A stretch of DNA of 32,000 bases from Candidatus Nanoarchaeia archaeon (GTDB lineage Archaea > Nanobdellota > Nanobdellia > Woesearchaeales > JANQNC01): positions 600,001 to 632,000 of the forward strand of contig JANQNC010000001.1 of the NCBI GenBank assembly GCA_028279745.1, given 5' to 3'. Each line of letters begins with the position of its first letter. Positions within the stretch are counted from its first letter, which is position 1. Positions 24,430-32,000 of the stretch are shown here, in pieces. A model generated the notes under the pieces. It searched no databases. It worked only from the letters and a program-made list of their open reading frames with translations, and was not told the origin of the DNA. A program made the translations under genes and the position numbers.

Positions 24430-26822
24430 AACATCACATAAATAACGCAGTCGCACTAATGTCGGTCATCCTAATACTTACAAGTTCAGTCTTAGTATAC
24501 AATAGTGCAGAAAACATGCTAACAGGCTATTCAATCTATGATCCTGATGCAGAAATCTGCCACCAAAATATTGATTCATGTATTGACTTAGATGGAGATG
24601 GAATGGTCGGATCCGGAAGTAATGACGAAACAATATTCTCCTGTTTAATTGATGAAAATGGACTGGGTTGTCCTGCAAACGATGCTGAATGGATTACTTT
24701 ATTTGGAAACAGCAAAGAAAACTTCACAATACTAGCAGACTTTGACAATGATGGAGGAGTTAGCCAGTTAATAGACTTCCAAAGATGTTACGTGACAATG
24801 AGAGACAGAGCGATAGATGAAGGCACTTCCTATAATGTAACATGTAACCTACCACAAGACGCAGTTAATGATGAAGTCTGCAGGTTTGGATGTCCAGACC
24901 TAAACGGAGATGGATTTGTAGACAAGTATGACTTAGCAATCTTAACCTCAGACTCAGTATGGAAAAATGATAGTTTCAACCAAACATATCCTATGGCAGA
25001 CATGACAAATGATTCTGTTGTAGATTGGGCAGATAGAAACTGTATGAGCCTGTACTCAAATGAGTATGCACTATGCAACTTACCAAGACACTTCGAACAT
25101 GAAAATGTGTATGTGTGTCCTGACTTAGAAAATATTACAACAGACTTAGACAATGATGGATTTGTAGGAGTGAATGATAAAGCGTTGTTTGACTCTTACT
25201 TCGATGATGGTTTGTCAGTTGTTGACTTCACAGGAGAAGGAGACATCAACTGGAAAGACAGATGGGTCTTTGATGAATATTACAACTACAAAGCAGGAAG
25301 CGAATTCAATCAAAGCGTATTGAAAGTTGTAGGATGTAATTTGTACCATGCAGCATGGCACACAGGAGGGTTGGATCAGAACATTTCATGGGGGTTCACA
25401 GGAAGTGGAGGAATGCCGCAATCGATAAACTTCACCGTATTCGACAGTCCTGCAGATAATTTCGACTCGATGGGCACAACATATGGATGGCTAACAAAAG
25501 CAAGAATAAGAATAGAAGGAAACCCTGCAAATACCAAACCAATAAATGTAACGCTAATAGAACCTTCAACAGGCAAGACATTAGCAAGAACAGAAATACC
25601 TCCATTCGGAGATACAAGATGGGCTACAGCATACTTTGCATTACCACCTTACACAAATCCAAGACTAACCAATGGAAGTAATTACACTTTGGTCCTTGAT
25701 AGTCCTGTAACTGAGTTCTATGAAATACAAGGAGGACACAACTTCCAGACCTGGATGACAACAGCACATGGAGACTTGAATGGAGATGGAATAGTTGATA
25801 GTTTAGATGATCTAATCATATCTGCAATAAACGATAATCTGCAGTTTAATGGGACAAGTAACTGGAGTTCAGATTACGATCTTAATAACGATTCAATAAT
25901 AGACAATCTAGATCTGCAAATATTTGTTGATGCTGTTGGAAGCCCACCAATATCTTCACAATCAACAATAAGTGTAGGAAGCTATTCACAAACTTTGCTG
26001 AATGGAGGAGGAATAATTCCAAACGGAGGCTTTAGTACATCTAACGGCACGGGTTGGCCACACAAATGGGTGGATAACCAACCAGATGTGGATGTTCCAA
26101 CTGACATAAGTGTTGTTTCAGGAGAACTAAACATAACTGTAAACAATAACACAGGCAGTTTTACAGGTGTAAGAAGTAAAAAACTAAAACTAAAACCAAA
26201 CACAAAATACAACGTAACTGCAAAAATAAAAATCCCAACCTCGATAACACAATTAGATGGAACTTGGGAGCTACACCGACATGCACACAATGGGTTCTGT
26301 TCAGGAACGCCCGCTTGTCACGATTACACCTTATTAGGCGGGGACTACAGCTGGGATAATAGTACTTCTAGAGGGGTATGGCACGACAAATGGTGGACAA
26401 TTGAAACCGGCGAGAATGTCAAAATAGGCTATGTGTTTGTTATAACAGATGTAAATGGTGGAAACGGAACAATACTTGTTGATGATGTAAGCCTCCACGA
26501 AGTTCCAGGATACGAATGGTTCGGCGGAGCTATAAAACTAAGACAGAAGTTTACAGCAAACACAGACTCACCAATAAAAGTTGTTCAGCTAAATCTTGCG
26601 ATGGATAAAGGAAATGATGATGACATCACTGTCAAGATCCTAGATGAAACGTTCACCCCAGTAGGAAGCACAGTAATACCTGCACTACACAACAGTACAC
26701 CAACAATCTACAACGCAACGTTCACTCCTGCAGTTGCAGTTACACAAGACCTAGATTATTACATTGAAGTAAGTTCGCCAGGAGAATATACAGATTACAG
26801 ATGGTTCGCAAACTATGACTAA
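24426..26822 (+). CDS. Secreted or membrane-anchored surface protein with dockerin-like calcium-binding repeats and a CBM4/9-like jelly-roll domain
   Basis: N-terminal hydrophobic anchor or signal (AVALMSVILILTSSVLV). There are eight D-x-[DN]-x-D-G-type loops: DLDGDGMVG, DFDNDGGVSQLIDF, DLNGDGFVDKYDLAIL, DMTNDSVVDWADRN, DLDNDGFVGVNDKALF, DFTGEGDINWKDRW, DLNGDGIVDSLDDLIISAI and DLNNDSIIDNLDLQIFVDAV. The segment NGGFSTSNGTGWPHKW...GTILVDDVSLHEV resembles a CBM_4_9 domain. I counted roughly two dozen N-X-S/T sequons by hand. Confidence 0.7.
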   Translation: MKHHINNAVALMSVILILTSSVLVYNSAENMLTGYSIYDPDAEICHQNIDSCIDLDGDGMVGSGSNDETIFSCLIDENGLGCPANDAEWITLFGNSKENFTILADFDNDGGVSQLIDFQRCYVTMRDRAIDEGTSYNVTCNLPQDAVNDEVCRFGCPDLNGDGFVDKYDLAILTSDSVWKNDSFNQTYPMADMTNDSVVDWADRNCMSLYSNEYALCNLPRHFEHENVYVCPDLENITTDLDNDGFVGVNDKALFDSYFDDGLSVVDFTGEGDINWKDRWVFDEYYNYKAGSEFNQSVLKVVGCNLYHAAWHTGGLDQNISWGFTGSGGMPQSINFTVFDSPADNFDSMGTTYGWLTKARIRIEGNPANTKPINVTLIEPSTGKTLARTEIPPFGDTRWATAYFALPPYTNPRLTNGSNYTLVLDSPVTEFYEIQGGHNFQTWMTTAHGDLNGDGIVDSLDDLIISAINDNLQFNGTSNWSSDYDLNNDSIIDNLDLQIFVDAVGSPPISSQSTISVGSYSQTLLNGGGIIPNGGFSTSNGTGWPHKWVDNQPDVDVPTDISVVSGELNITVNNNTGSFTGVRSKKLKLKPNTKYNVTAKIKIPTSITQLDGTWELHRHAHNGFCSGTPACHDYTLLGGDYSWDNSTSRGVWHDKWWTIETGENVKIGYVFVITDVNGGNGTILVDDVSLHEVPGYEWFGGAIKLRQKFTANTDSPIKVVQLNLAMDKGNDDDITVKILDETFTPVGSTVIPALHNSTPTIYNATFTPAVAVTQDLDYYIEVSSPGEYTDYRWFANYD

Positions 26823-29800
26823 AAAAACACAAAATAAAAACATGTTGATGCTTTTGATAGTTGCAACACTATTTGCAATAACCTCTGTAGATGCTGTCCT
26901 AAACTGTACTTCGACAGATCCTTGTGAAATTCCTTTTACAGGCGGACACCCACCAGGATTCCCCGCGCCACTAGAAAATTTACAATGTGGAGAGACGTTC
27001 TATTATGAATTTGAACTTCCAAGAAACCATAACTGCCAAGCCACAGTAATATTTGATGTGACTGATGGAGCAAACACCTCAAATAAAATAACATTCGGAG
27101 GCGATGATTTATTACAGAACTGTCAGAGAGTAATAACTTCAGCAGACTCACAACAATGTGAAAACGTAAACATAAATGTGCCCATGGGAATAGATGAACT
27201 ATTCACAGTAACTGCAAGCAGACCTGTAGAAGGGACTGAATGTAATAGCAGTGTAGAGATAGATTACACCTTAGCATATTATGCAACCTGCGCAACTACA
27301 AAAGACGGGTGGGGAAAGAATGGAAGTTTTGTAAACACAACTGGTGGAGAATTTTATTTTGAAACACTAATAGGTGAGGGTGGTAACTTCTCAGGACTGT
27401 CTATCTTTGATGTTAACAGCGATAATGTAATAAATGATACAGACTACTATGACATACTTTCAAGAGATGGTGAGCGAGACGGAACATTCTGGACCCCACT
27501 TATAGACTTTAACGCACAGTTTGGGGTATATGAAGTACTGCTTGATTATACGCTGGGATTCAGAGCATACTTAGGAAAAATAGTAAATGGAGCGATGCCA
27601 ATAAGGTGGTTTATAACACAGGAAAATGATGGACGATGCTCATACGATGAAGATAACACAAGCACAGACTGCCACTATTGTAACAACGATGGGTTCTGCG
27701 CAATAAACGAATATGAATACTTAGGAGAATCATGCCAAGACTGTAACGGGACATTCCCACTAGAACCACAGATGACAGAGTTTGATTCTTGTAGCGAAAC
27801 AACAGACATGGCAGACGTATTAGATATAGAACACGCAGAAAACTTCACAATAGAAGGAGAAGAACCAGGATGTAATGACGGAAACATCATGTTCACTCAA
27901 GAAATTAATCTAACAAATTCAGGATCAGGATACATACCATTAGACATTAACACTTCAATAGACATAATTGACAATTACATAAGCGTAAATACAATAGAAG
28001 CACCACAGTTAGAGAAAGAAGCACAGCTGACAATCTACAACAGAACATGGTGCCACCCAGGAATATTAAAGAATGGTGCAGAATGTGTTGATTGTCCAGT
28101 ACAAGAGTATGGAGATAAAATAAAATCATTAAACGCAACAGGAATAGCTGATGCAGACTTACTAACTAATGTAACAGGGCAAAGCTTTACACTAGAACTA
28201 CAAGCAGAAAACTACACATTTGGGAAATTAACACAAAATAATGTTTACACACAGCAACAAGTCGGACAGGATAGCCCAATAAGTGTTGAGATAGTATCGG
28301 GGGCATTAACAACCAACGCAAGAATAAATATAACAGGAATAAACAAAATAATCTACCTGCCAAAGATGAACTTGGGAGGAGGACCATCTAAAGTTTATGT
28401 TGCAGAAGATGGAAGCACTTACACAGGTGCGGCACTTACAACAATATCAAAATCTGCAGCAGATCCAATAAAAGTAACTTCACTTAGTGCAGTGAACACT
28501 TCAGGACCTCATGGAAAATCATTCTTCTGGTTCTATGCAGGAGAAACACCTACACTATTCGCAACAATAAATAATGATGGGATCTTCAATGCGACAGGCA
28601 CAACAACAGTTCCAACACAGGTAAAAATTGTGTATACTGCAGAGTATCCTGTTAATATCACTCTAGACGGACACCATCTATTCCTACCTTCAACATTCCC
28701 CATATCTAATGCTGCATATCCTGCAACAAACAACATAACATACAAAGAAAGAGATTTAGTGAATGTTAAAAGAACTCCTGAAAAAGATCTAAGCATAGTA
28801 GATAAAGATCCAACTAACTTAACATTTACAGTTCCAGCATTCGGATCAGAACTAATAACAGTATACGAATCAGAAGACCTAGTCCCAAGCTACAGTAACT
28901 TCAACGGAAGCACAACAAACTTCTGTTATGCAAAAGATGAAACGACAACACGAGAACTATCAATATTTAGAGCAGTCATTGAAGATACATCAAATGCAAA
29001 ACTAGGATTAGTAAGTTATGCAAACTTTACAAAACTAGACCTTAATAATGAAATCATCATGGGTGGAAGCAACAAGACAAAAATAATCTGGATAAACGGA
29101 AGCACAAGCGATGAGTTTGAAGGAAAAGCTGCAATAATAACATTCCACAGAATGGATATAGTGCACCCACAAATAATGGGAACTGTAACAAATGTAGTTC
29201 CAATAAGACATTACGTGCCTCCAGGAGAAACACTATCAGAATTCATATTCTATGCGGAACTAACTGGTAGTTCACCAATAAACATAACAATAGTAGACGC
29301 AGATAATCCAACAGAATTCCTAAGTGATATAGATAATATCACAATAAGAAATGGAACACAAGAAGTAAGAATTAATGTAAGTGATCACTTCAGTGATGAC
29401 GATGTTAATGTGACTGACTTAGAGTATGGGGTTGCGAACCAAACAGGAAGCATCAAAGTAACATTTGAGAAAGCAGCAAACGTAGTGACAGCAATAATAA
29501 GACCATTAACAAGGTTCTTCAATCCGTTCAGTTTCCAGTTCTTCGTTTATGAACCTGGAGTAATTGATGGAGAGTCTGCATTCTCTAATTTCCTATTTGG
29601 AAACATACTGCCAGACAGACCACCAATACAAACACAAACAATACTAGACATAGTGTTCAATGAAGATGAAAACGGAACAATAGACTTATCTGACTACTTC
29701 GAAGATCCTGACAACCATCCATTACATTATACTTGGACACCGATAGATGCTGGCGGAAATATAACAATACACAAACAAGGAATGGCACAAAGCTTATGGT

Positions 29801-32000
29801 GGAACATAACTAATGCAACTTACACAGGGAATAACAGCATGACATTCCTACAAGAAGTTATTGCATTAGTTCAAACAAATACAACCGAACTACTTGCATC
29901 TCCAGGAACTTACGGATACATAGTGGCAGCAGGTTATGCAGACCAGACAGCTGAAGAAGGAACAGACCTACTTAGAATAAACTTCTGGAACACAACAGGA
30001 AATGGAATGTCATTCCCAGAAGGAAACATAAGCATAACATATGACAACGGAAAAGATCTGAAGATATACATACCTGAAGTTACCTATACTGATAGGAATA
30101 ACTTCTCACTATTCGTATCAAAAGACGGATCAACATACTATGATGAAGGACTAACACAGATTGCAAAAGTCTCACCTAACCCTATAGTTGTTCCTAGCTT
30201 AGTAATAGAACCAGATAGTGATTGGCACGGCAAGAGAACAATAGTCTTCATAGCAAACGACACAATACACAAGAAAACAAGCAACAACGTAGACATAATT
30301 GTTCATAACCTAAACGATGCACCAAGGAAACACAAAGACATTGATGATATAGTAATGCTAGAGGGAACTGTTGAGTTTGTTGTAAATGTAACACCCGACT
30401 ACTTATTCGATATAGACATACCTACAGACACCGAGTTTGAAGCAGATGATGAACTAACATTAACATATTCAAAACAGGGCGGCGGTGATGCTGAGTTTAT
30501 CAACTTAACATTCAGCAATAACGGAGTTTATAGCGTTACAGAAGATAAACCAGTTAATATAACAGTTAAAGCACTGGATTTCCCATACTGGAACGGGTAT
30601 GAAGCACTAACAGTAAAAGCAACAGACTCATACGGTAAGAGTGTTGAGACAAACTTCACAGTATACATAATAGAAGTACCAACAGATCTTAACAGAACAA
30701 TACTTCCAGCATACATCCCAATGGTTGAAGATGAAACTTATCCATTTGAACTGAACAACAACTGGTTTGTGGATGTGGAAGGAGATGCAACCTACAGATA
30801 CTTCGGATTAAATTCAACAAACATAACAATAGAACTGAATATCGATAGTGGAAATGGAACAATCAGAGCAGATCCAGACTGGTTTGGTGTAGCTGTAGTT
30901 AATTTCTCAGCATCAGACGCGACAAGCAACGTATCAGATATGTTTGTGATAAATGTAACACCAGTAAATGACGCGCCAAGATTATATGGAGACATAGAAG
31001 TAAAACCATGGCCAAAAGATGAAAGTTATCTGGTTAATTTATCAGACCACTTCTACGAAGCATACGGAGAAGACACAAACAGTCTAGTGTTCTCAGACAT
31101 AGACATAATACCAACACTAAGCACAACCTATCATGAACTAATCGCAAACAGCTATACTAGTGAGACTGCAAACATGACCCCTGACACAGGATGGTACGGA
31201 TCAGGATGGATAACCTTCTGCGCAGACGATGGTCAGTATCAGACGTGCAGCAACATAGTAAGACTAAACATAACATCTGACAAACCGCCACAGTTAATAT
31301 CACCATTCAATAGTCCGGAAATATGGCCAGAAGATAATGTTAACTACATCAACCTAGAAGAACACTTCTGGGATGAAGAATTAGGAAGTGAGTTAGATTT
31401 CACACCATCACTAATAGGACCATTTGATGGATTCAACATAACACCATACGGGGAGTTGATTAACAGTAATGTATTACTTAACTTAAGCAACGTAAGAAAA
31501 GCAGCATACAACTTAACACTGGGAGGAGGATTCACATTCATAGCAGCAGACAACAGTGGAAGATACTTAACAACCGCATATGGAACAAACGGAACACAGA
31601 CACCAATCTTCCTATTAAGCCCACTACAACACAATGCAAAACCAATCAAGATATACAAGACAAGCATGAAAGATCCAAGCTTTGAACTACCTGAAGAGAC
31701 TTATAATTTAACAGGAAACGCAAACATTAGTGTAAGTTACACAGCTTATGAAGGAGATAAGTCAAGGAGAGTAGAAAGAAACATCGGAACAGGAATAACA
31801 GGAATAACAACAATAGATCCTATACCTGTAGTCAGTAACCAACAGTACACAGTATCAGCAGTAATAACAACAGAGAACATAAGAGATCCTGGTGAGTCTG
31901 TAACAGTGGCAATAGAATGTGATGGCATAGCAACTGAAGTAGCAATACCAGGAATGACAACACAAAAACAAGGACTGACAGATTGGGAGGATTGGGACAC
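26815..32000 (+). CDS. Giant secreted surface protein/adhesin, 5' part only (more than 1,700 codons, open at the window end); Cys-rich N-terminal region plus cadherin-like/tandem-95-like repeats with VNDAP motifs
   Basis: I translated frame +1 by hand from ATG 26815 to 32000 and found no stop. The N-terminus MTKKTQNKNMLMLLIVATLFAITSVDA looks like a signal peptide; an alternative ATG lies at 26842. Repeat ends IIVHNLNDAPRKHKDIDD and INVTPVNDAPRLYGDIEV, plus repeat starts such as PDRPPIQTQTILDIVFNEDENGTIDLSDYFEDPDNHPLHY, match large bacterial and archaeal adhesin repeats. The start overlaps the stop of the preceding gene by 8 nt. The ORF is absent from the track because it has no in-window stop. 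Confidence 0.8.
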   Translation, partial: MTKKTQNKNMLMLLIVATLFAITSVDAVLNCTSTDPCEIPFTGGHPPGFPAPLENLQCGETFYYEFELPRNHNCQATVIFDVTDGANTSNKITFGGDDLLQNCQRVITSADSQQCENVNINVPMGIDELFTVTASRPVEGTECNSSVEIDYTLAYYATCATTKDGWGKNGSFVNTTGGEFYFETLIGEGGNFSGLSIFDVNSDNVINDTDYYDILSRDGERDGTFWTPLIDFNAQFGVYEVLLDYTLGFRAYLGKIVNGAMPIRWFITQENDGRCSYDEDNTSTDCHYCNNDGFCAINEYEYLGESCQDCNGTFPLEPQMTEFDSCSETTDMADVLDIEHAENFTIEGEEPGCNDGNIMFTQEINLTNSGSGYIPLDINTSIDIIDNYISVNTIEAPQLEKEAQLTIYNRTWCHPGILKNGAECVDCPVQEYGDKIKSLNATGIADADLLTNVTGQSFTLELQAENYTFGKLTQNNVYTQQQVGQDSPISVEIVSGALTTNARINITGINKIIYLPKMNLGGGPSKVYVAEDGSTYTGAALTTISKSAADPIKVTSLSAVNTSGPHGKSFFWFYAGETPTLFATINNDGIFNATGTTTVPTQVKIVYTAEYPVNITLDGHHLFLPSTFPISNAAYPATNNITYKERDLVNVKRTPEKDLSIVDKDPTNLTFTVPAFGSELITVYESEDLVPSYSNFNGSTTNFCYAKDETTTRELSIFRAVIEDTSNAKLGLVSYANFTKLDLNNEIIMGGSNKTKIIWINGSTSDEFEGKAAIITFHRMDIVHPQIMGTVTNVVPIRHYVPPGETLSEFIFYAELTGSSPINITIVDADNPTEFLSDIDNITIRNGTQEVRINVSDHFSDDDVNVTDLEYGVANQTGSIKVTFEKAANVVTAIIRPLTRFFNPFSFQFFVYEPGVIDGESAFSNFLFGNILPDRPPIQTQTILDIVFNEDENGTIDLSDYFEDPDNHPLHYTWTPIDAGGNITIHKQGMAQSLWWNITNATYTGNNSMTFLQEVIALVQTNTTELLASPGTYGYIVAAGYADQTAEEGTDLLRINFWNTTGNGMSFPEGNISITYDNGKDLKIYIPEVTYTDRNNFSLFVSKDGSTYYDEGLTQIAKVSPNPIVVPSLVIEPDSDWHGKRTIVFIANDTIHKKTSNNVDIIVHNLNDAPRKHKDIDDIVMLEGTVEFVVNVTPDYLFDIDIPTDTEFEADDELTLTYSKQGGGDAEFINLTFSNNGVYSVTEDKPVNITVKALDFPYWNGYEALTVKATDSYGKSVETNFTVYIIEVPTDLNRTILPAYIPMVEDETYPFELNNNWFVDVEGDATYRYFGLNSTNITIELNIDSGNGTIRADPDWFGVAVVNFSASDATSNVSDMFVINVTPVNDAPRLYGDIEVKPWPKDESYLVNLSDHFYEAYGEDTNSLVFSDIDIIPTLSTTYHELIANSYTSETANMTPDTGWYGSGWITFCADDGQYQTCSNIVRLNITSDKPPQLISPFNSPEIWPEDNVNYINLEEHFWDEELGSELDFTPSLIGPFDGFNITPYGELINSNVLLNLSNVRKAAYNLTLGGGFTFIAADNSGRYLTTAYGTNGTQTPIFLLSPLQHNAKPIKIYKTSMKDPSFELPEETYNLTGNANISVSYTAYEGDKSRRVERNIGTGITGITTIDPIPVVSNQQYTVSAVITTENIRDPGESVTVAIECDGIATEVAIPGMTTQKQGLTDWEDWD

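Noticed and set aside
24204-32000. Minus-strand ORFs of 61-107 aa across the surface-protein operon (24204-24437, 24478-24748, 24830-25153, 25376-25617, 25982-26290, 26936-31667, 31746-32000) and the plus-strand ORF 25487-25681
   Set aside because: They lie antisense to, or out of frame with, two very long uninterrupted plus-strand reading frames that have signal peptides and repeat motifs. The plus frame from 26815 has no stop for over 5 kb, which is very unlikely by chance in AT-rich sequence.
24426-32000. Diversity-generating retroelement targeting the large surface proteins
   Set aside because: No reverse transcriptase ORF is visible, and I could not see a template/variable repeat pair at the nucleotide level. 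The NDAP-type repeats have diverged at the DNA level.
22800-32000. Integrated virus, plasmid or genomic island
   Set aside because: No integrase, transposase, tRNA attachment site or flanking direct repeats are visible in the window. The RHH gene and the iteron array are suggestive but not sufficient evidence. The right boundary lies outside the window, so this cannot be tested here.
1-32000. tRNA, rRNA or other structured RNA genes
   Set aside because: The intergenic gaps are short (0-116 bp) apart from 23842-24210, which is filled by the AT-rich iteron array. I saw no GC-rich stem patterns or tRNA-like cloverleaf segments.

Overview
AT-rich, densely packed archaeal chromosome segment. The archaeal call rests on AglB/STT3, RadB, zinc-ribbon MBF1 and a Fap7/AK6-type kinase, plus TATA-like boxes about 26-29 bp upstream of operon-leading start codons, which suggests leaderless mRNAs. 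A small-genome DPANN-like host is only an inference. The window splits into three blocks. (1) 1-11048 holds a flippase 3' end and an eight-gene minus-strand operon joined by ATGA/GTGA/TAATG start-stop overlaps. It encodes an Agl-type N-glycosylation pathway: three GT4, a methyltransferase, a small membrane protein, two Dol-P-sugar-synthase-like GT2, a GT-C enzyme, and an AglB carrying a C-terminal parvulin PPIase domain. (2) 11084-22799 holds housekeeping genes (AK6/Fap7-like kinase, ABC-2 permease plus ATPase, MBF1, RadB) around a second five-gene minus-strand envelope operon (15832-21981). That operon has a GT-C enzyme, a membrane-anchored CxxC thioredoxin-fold protein, a processive QxxRW GT2 synthase, and two tandem STT3-like paralogs with a degenerate WWDYG motif. 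(3) 22809-32000 is an accessory-looking block. It contains an unlisted 43-aa ribbon-helix-helix gene coupled to a membrane-anchored protein of unknown function. A 369-bp divergent control region follows, with ten copies of a 15-bp palindrome (ACTTAC-N3-GTAAGT), eight of them phased at 20-22 bp. Next comes a translationally coupled plus-strand operon: a 72-aa HTH protein, a 798-aa secreted protein with dockerin-like calcium-binding repeats and a CBM-like domain, and a giant ORF. The giant ORF starts at 26815, is still open at 32000 (more than 1,700 codons) and is missing from the supplied ORF track because it has no in-window stop. It has a signal peptide, a Cys-rich N-terminal region, repeats ending in VNDAP/LNDAP motifs, and many N-X-S/T sequons. 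I recognised no rRNA, tRNA, CRISPR array, transposase, integrase or reverse transcriptase. All product calls come from motif recognition by eye; no database search was possible.
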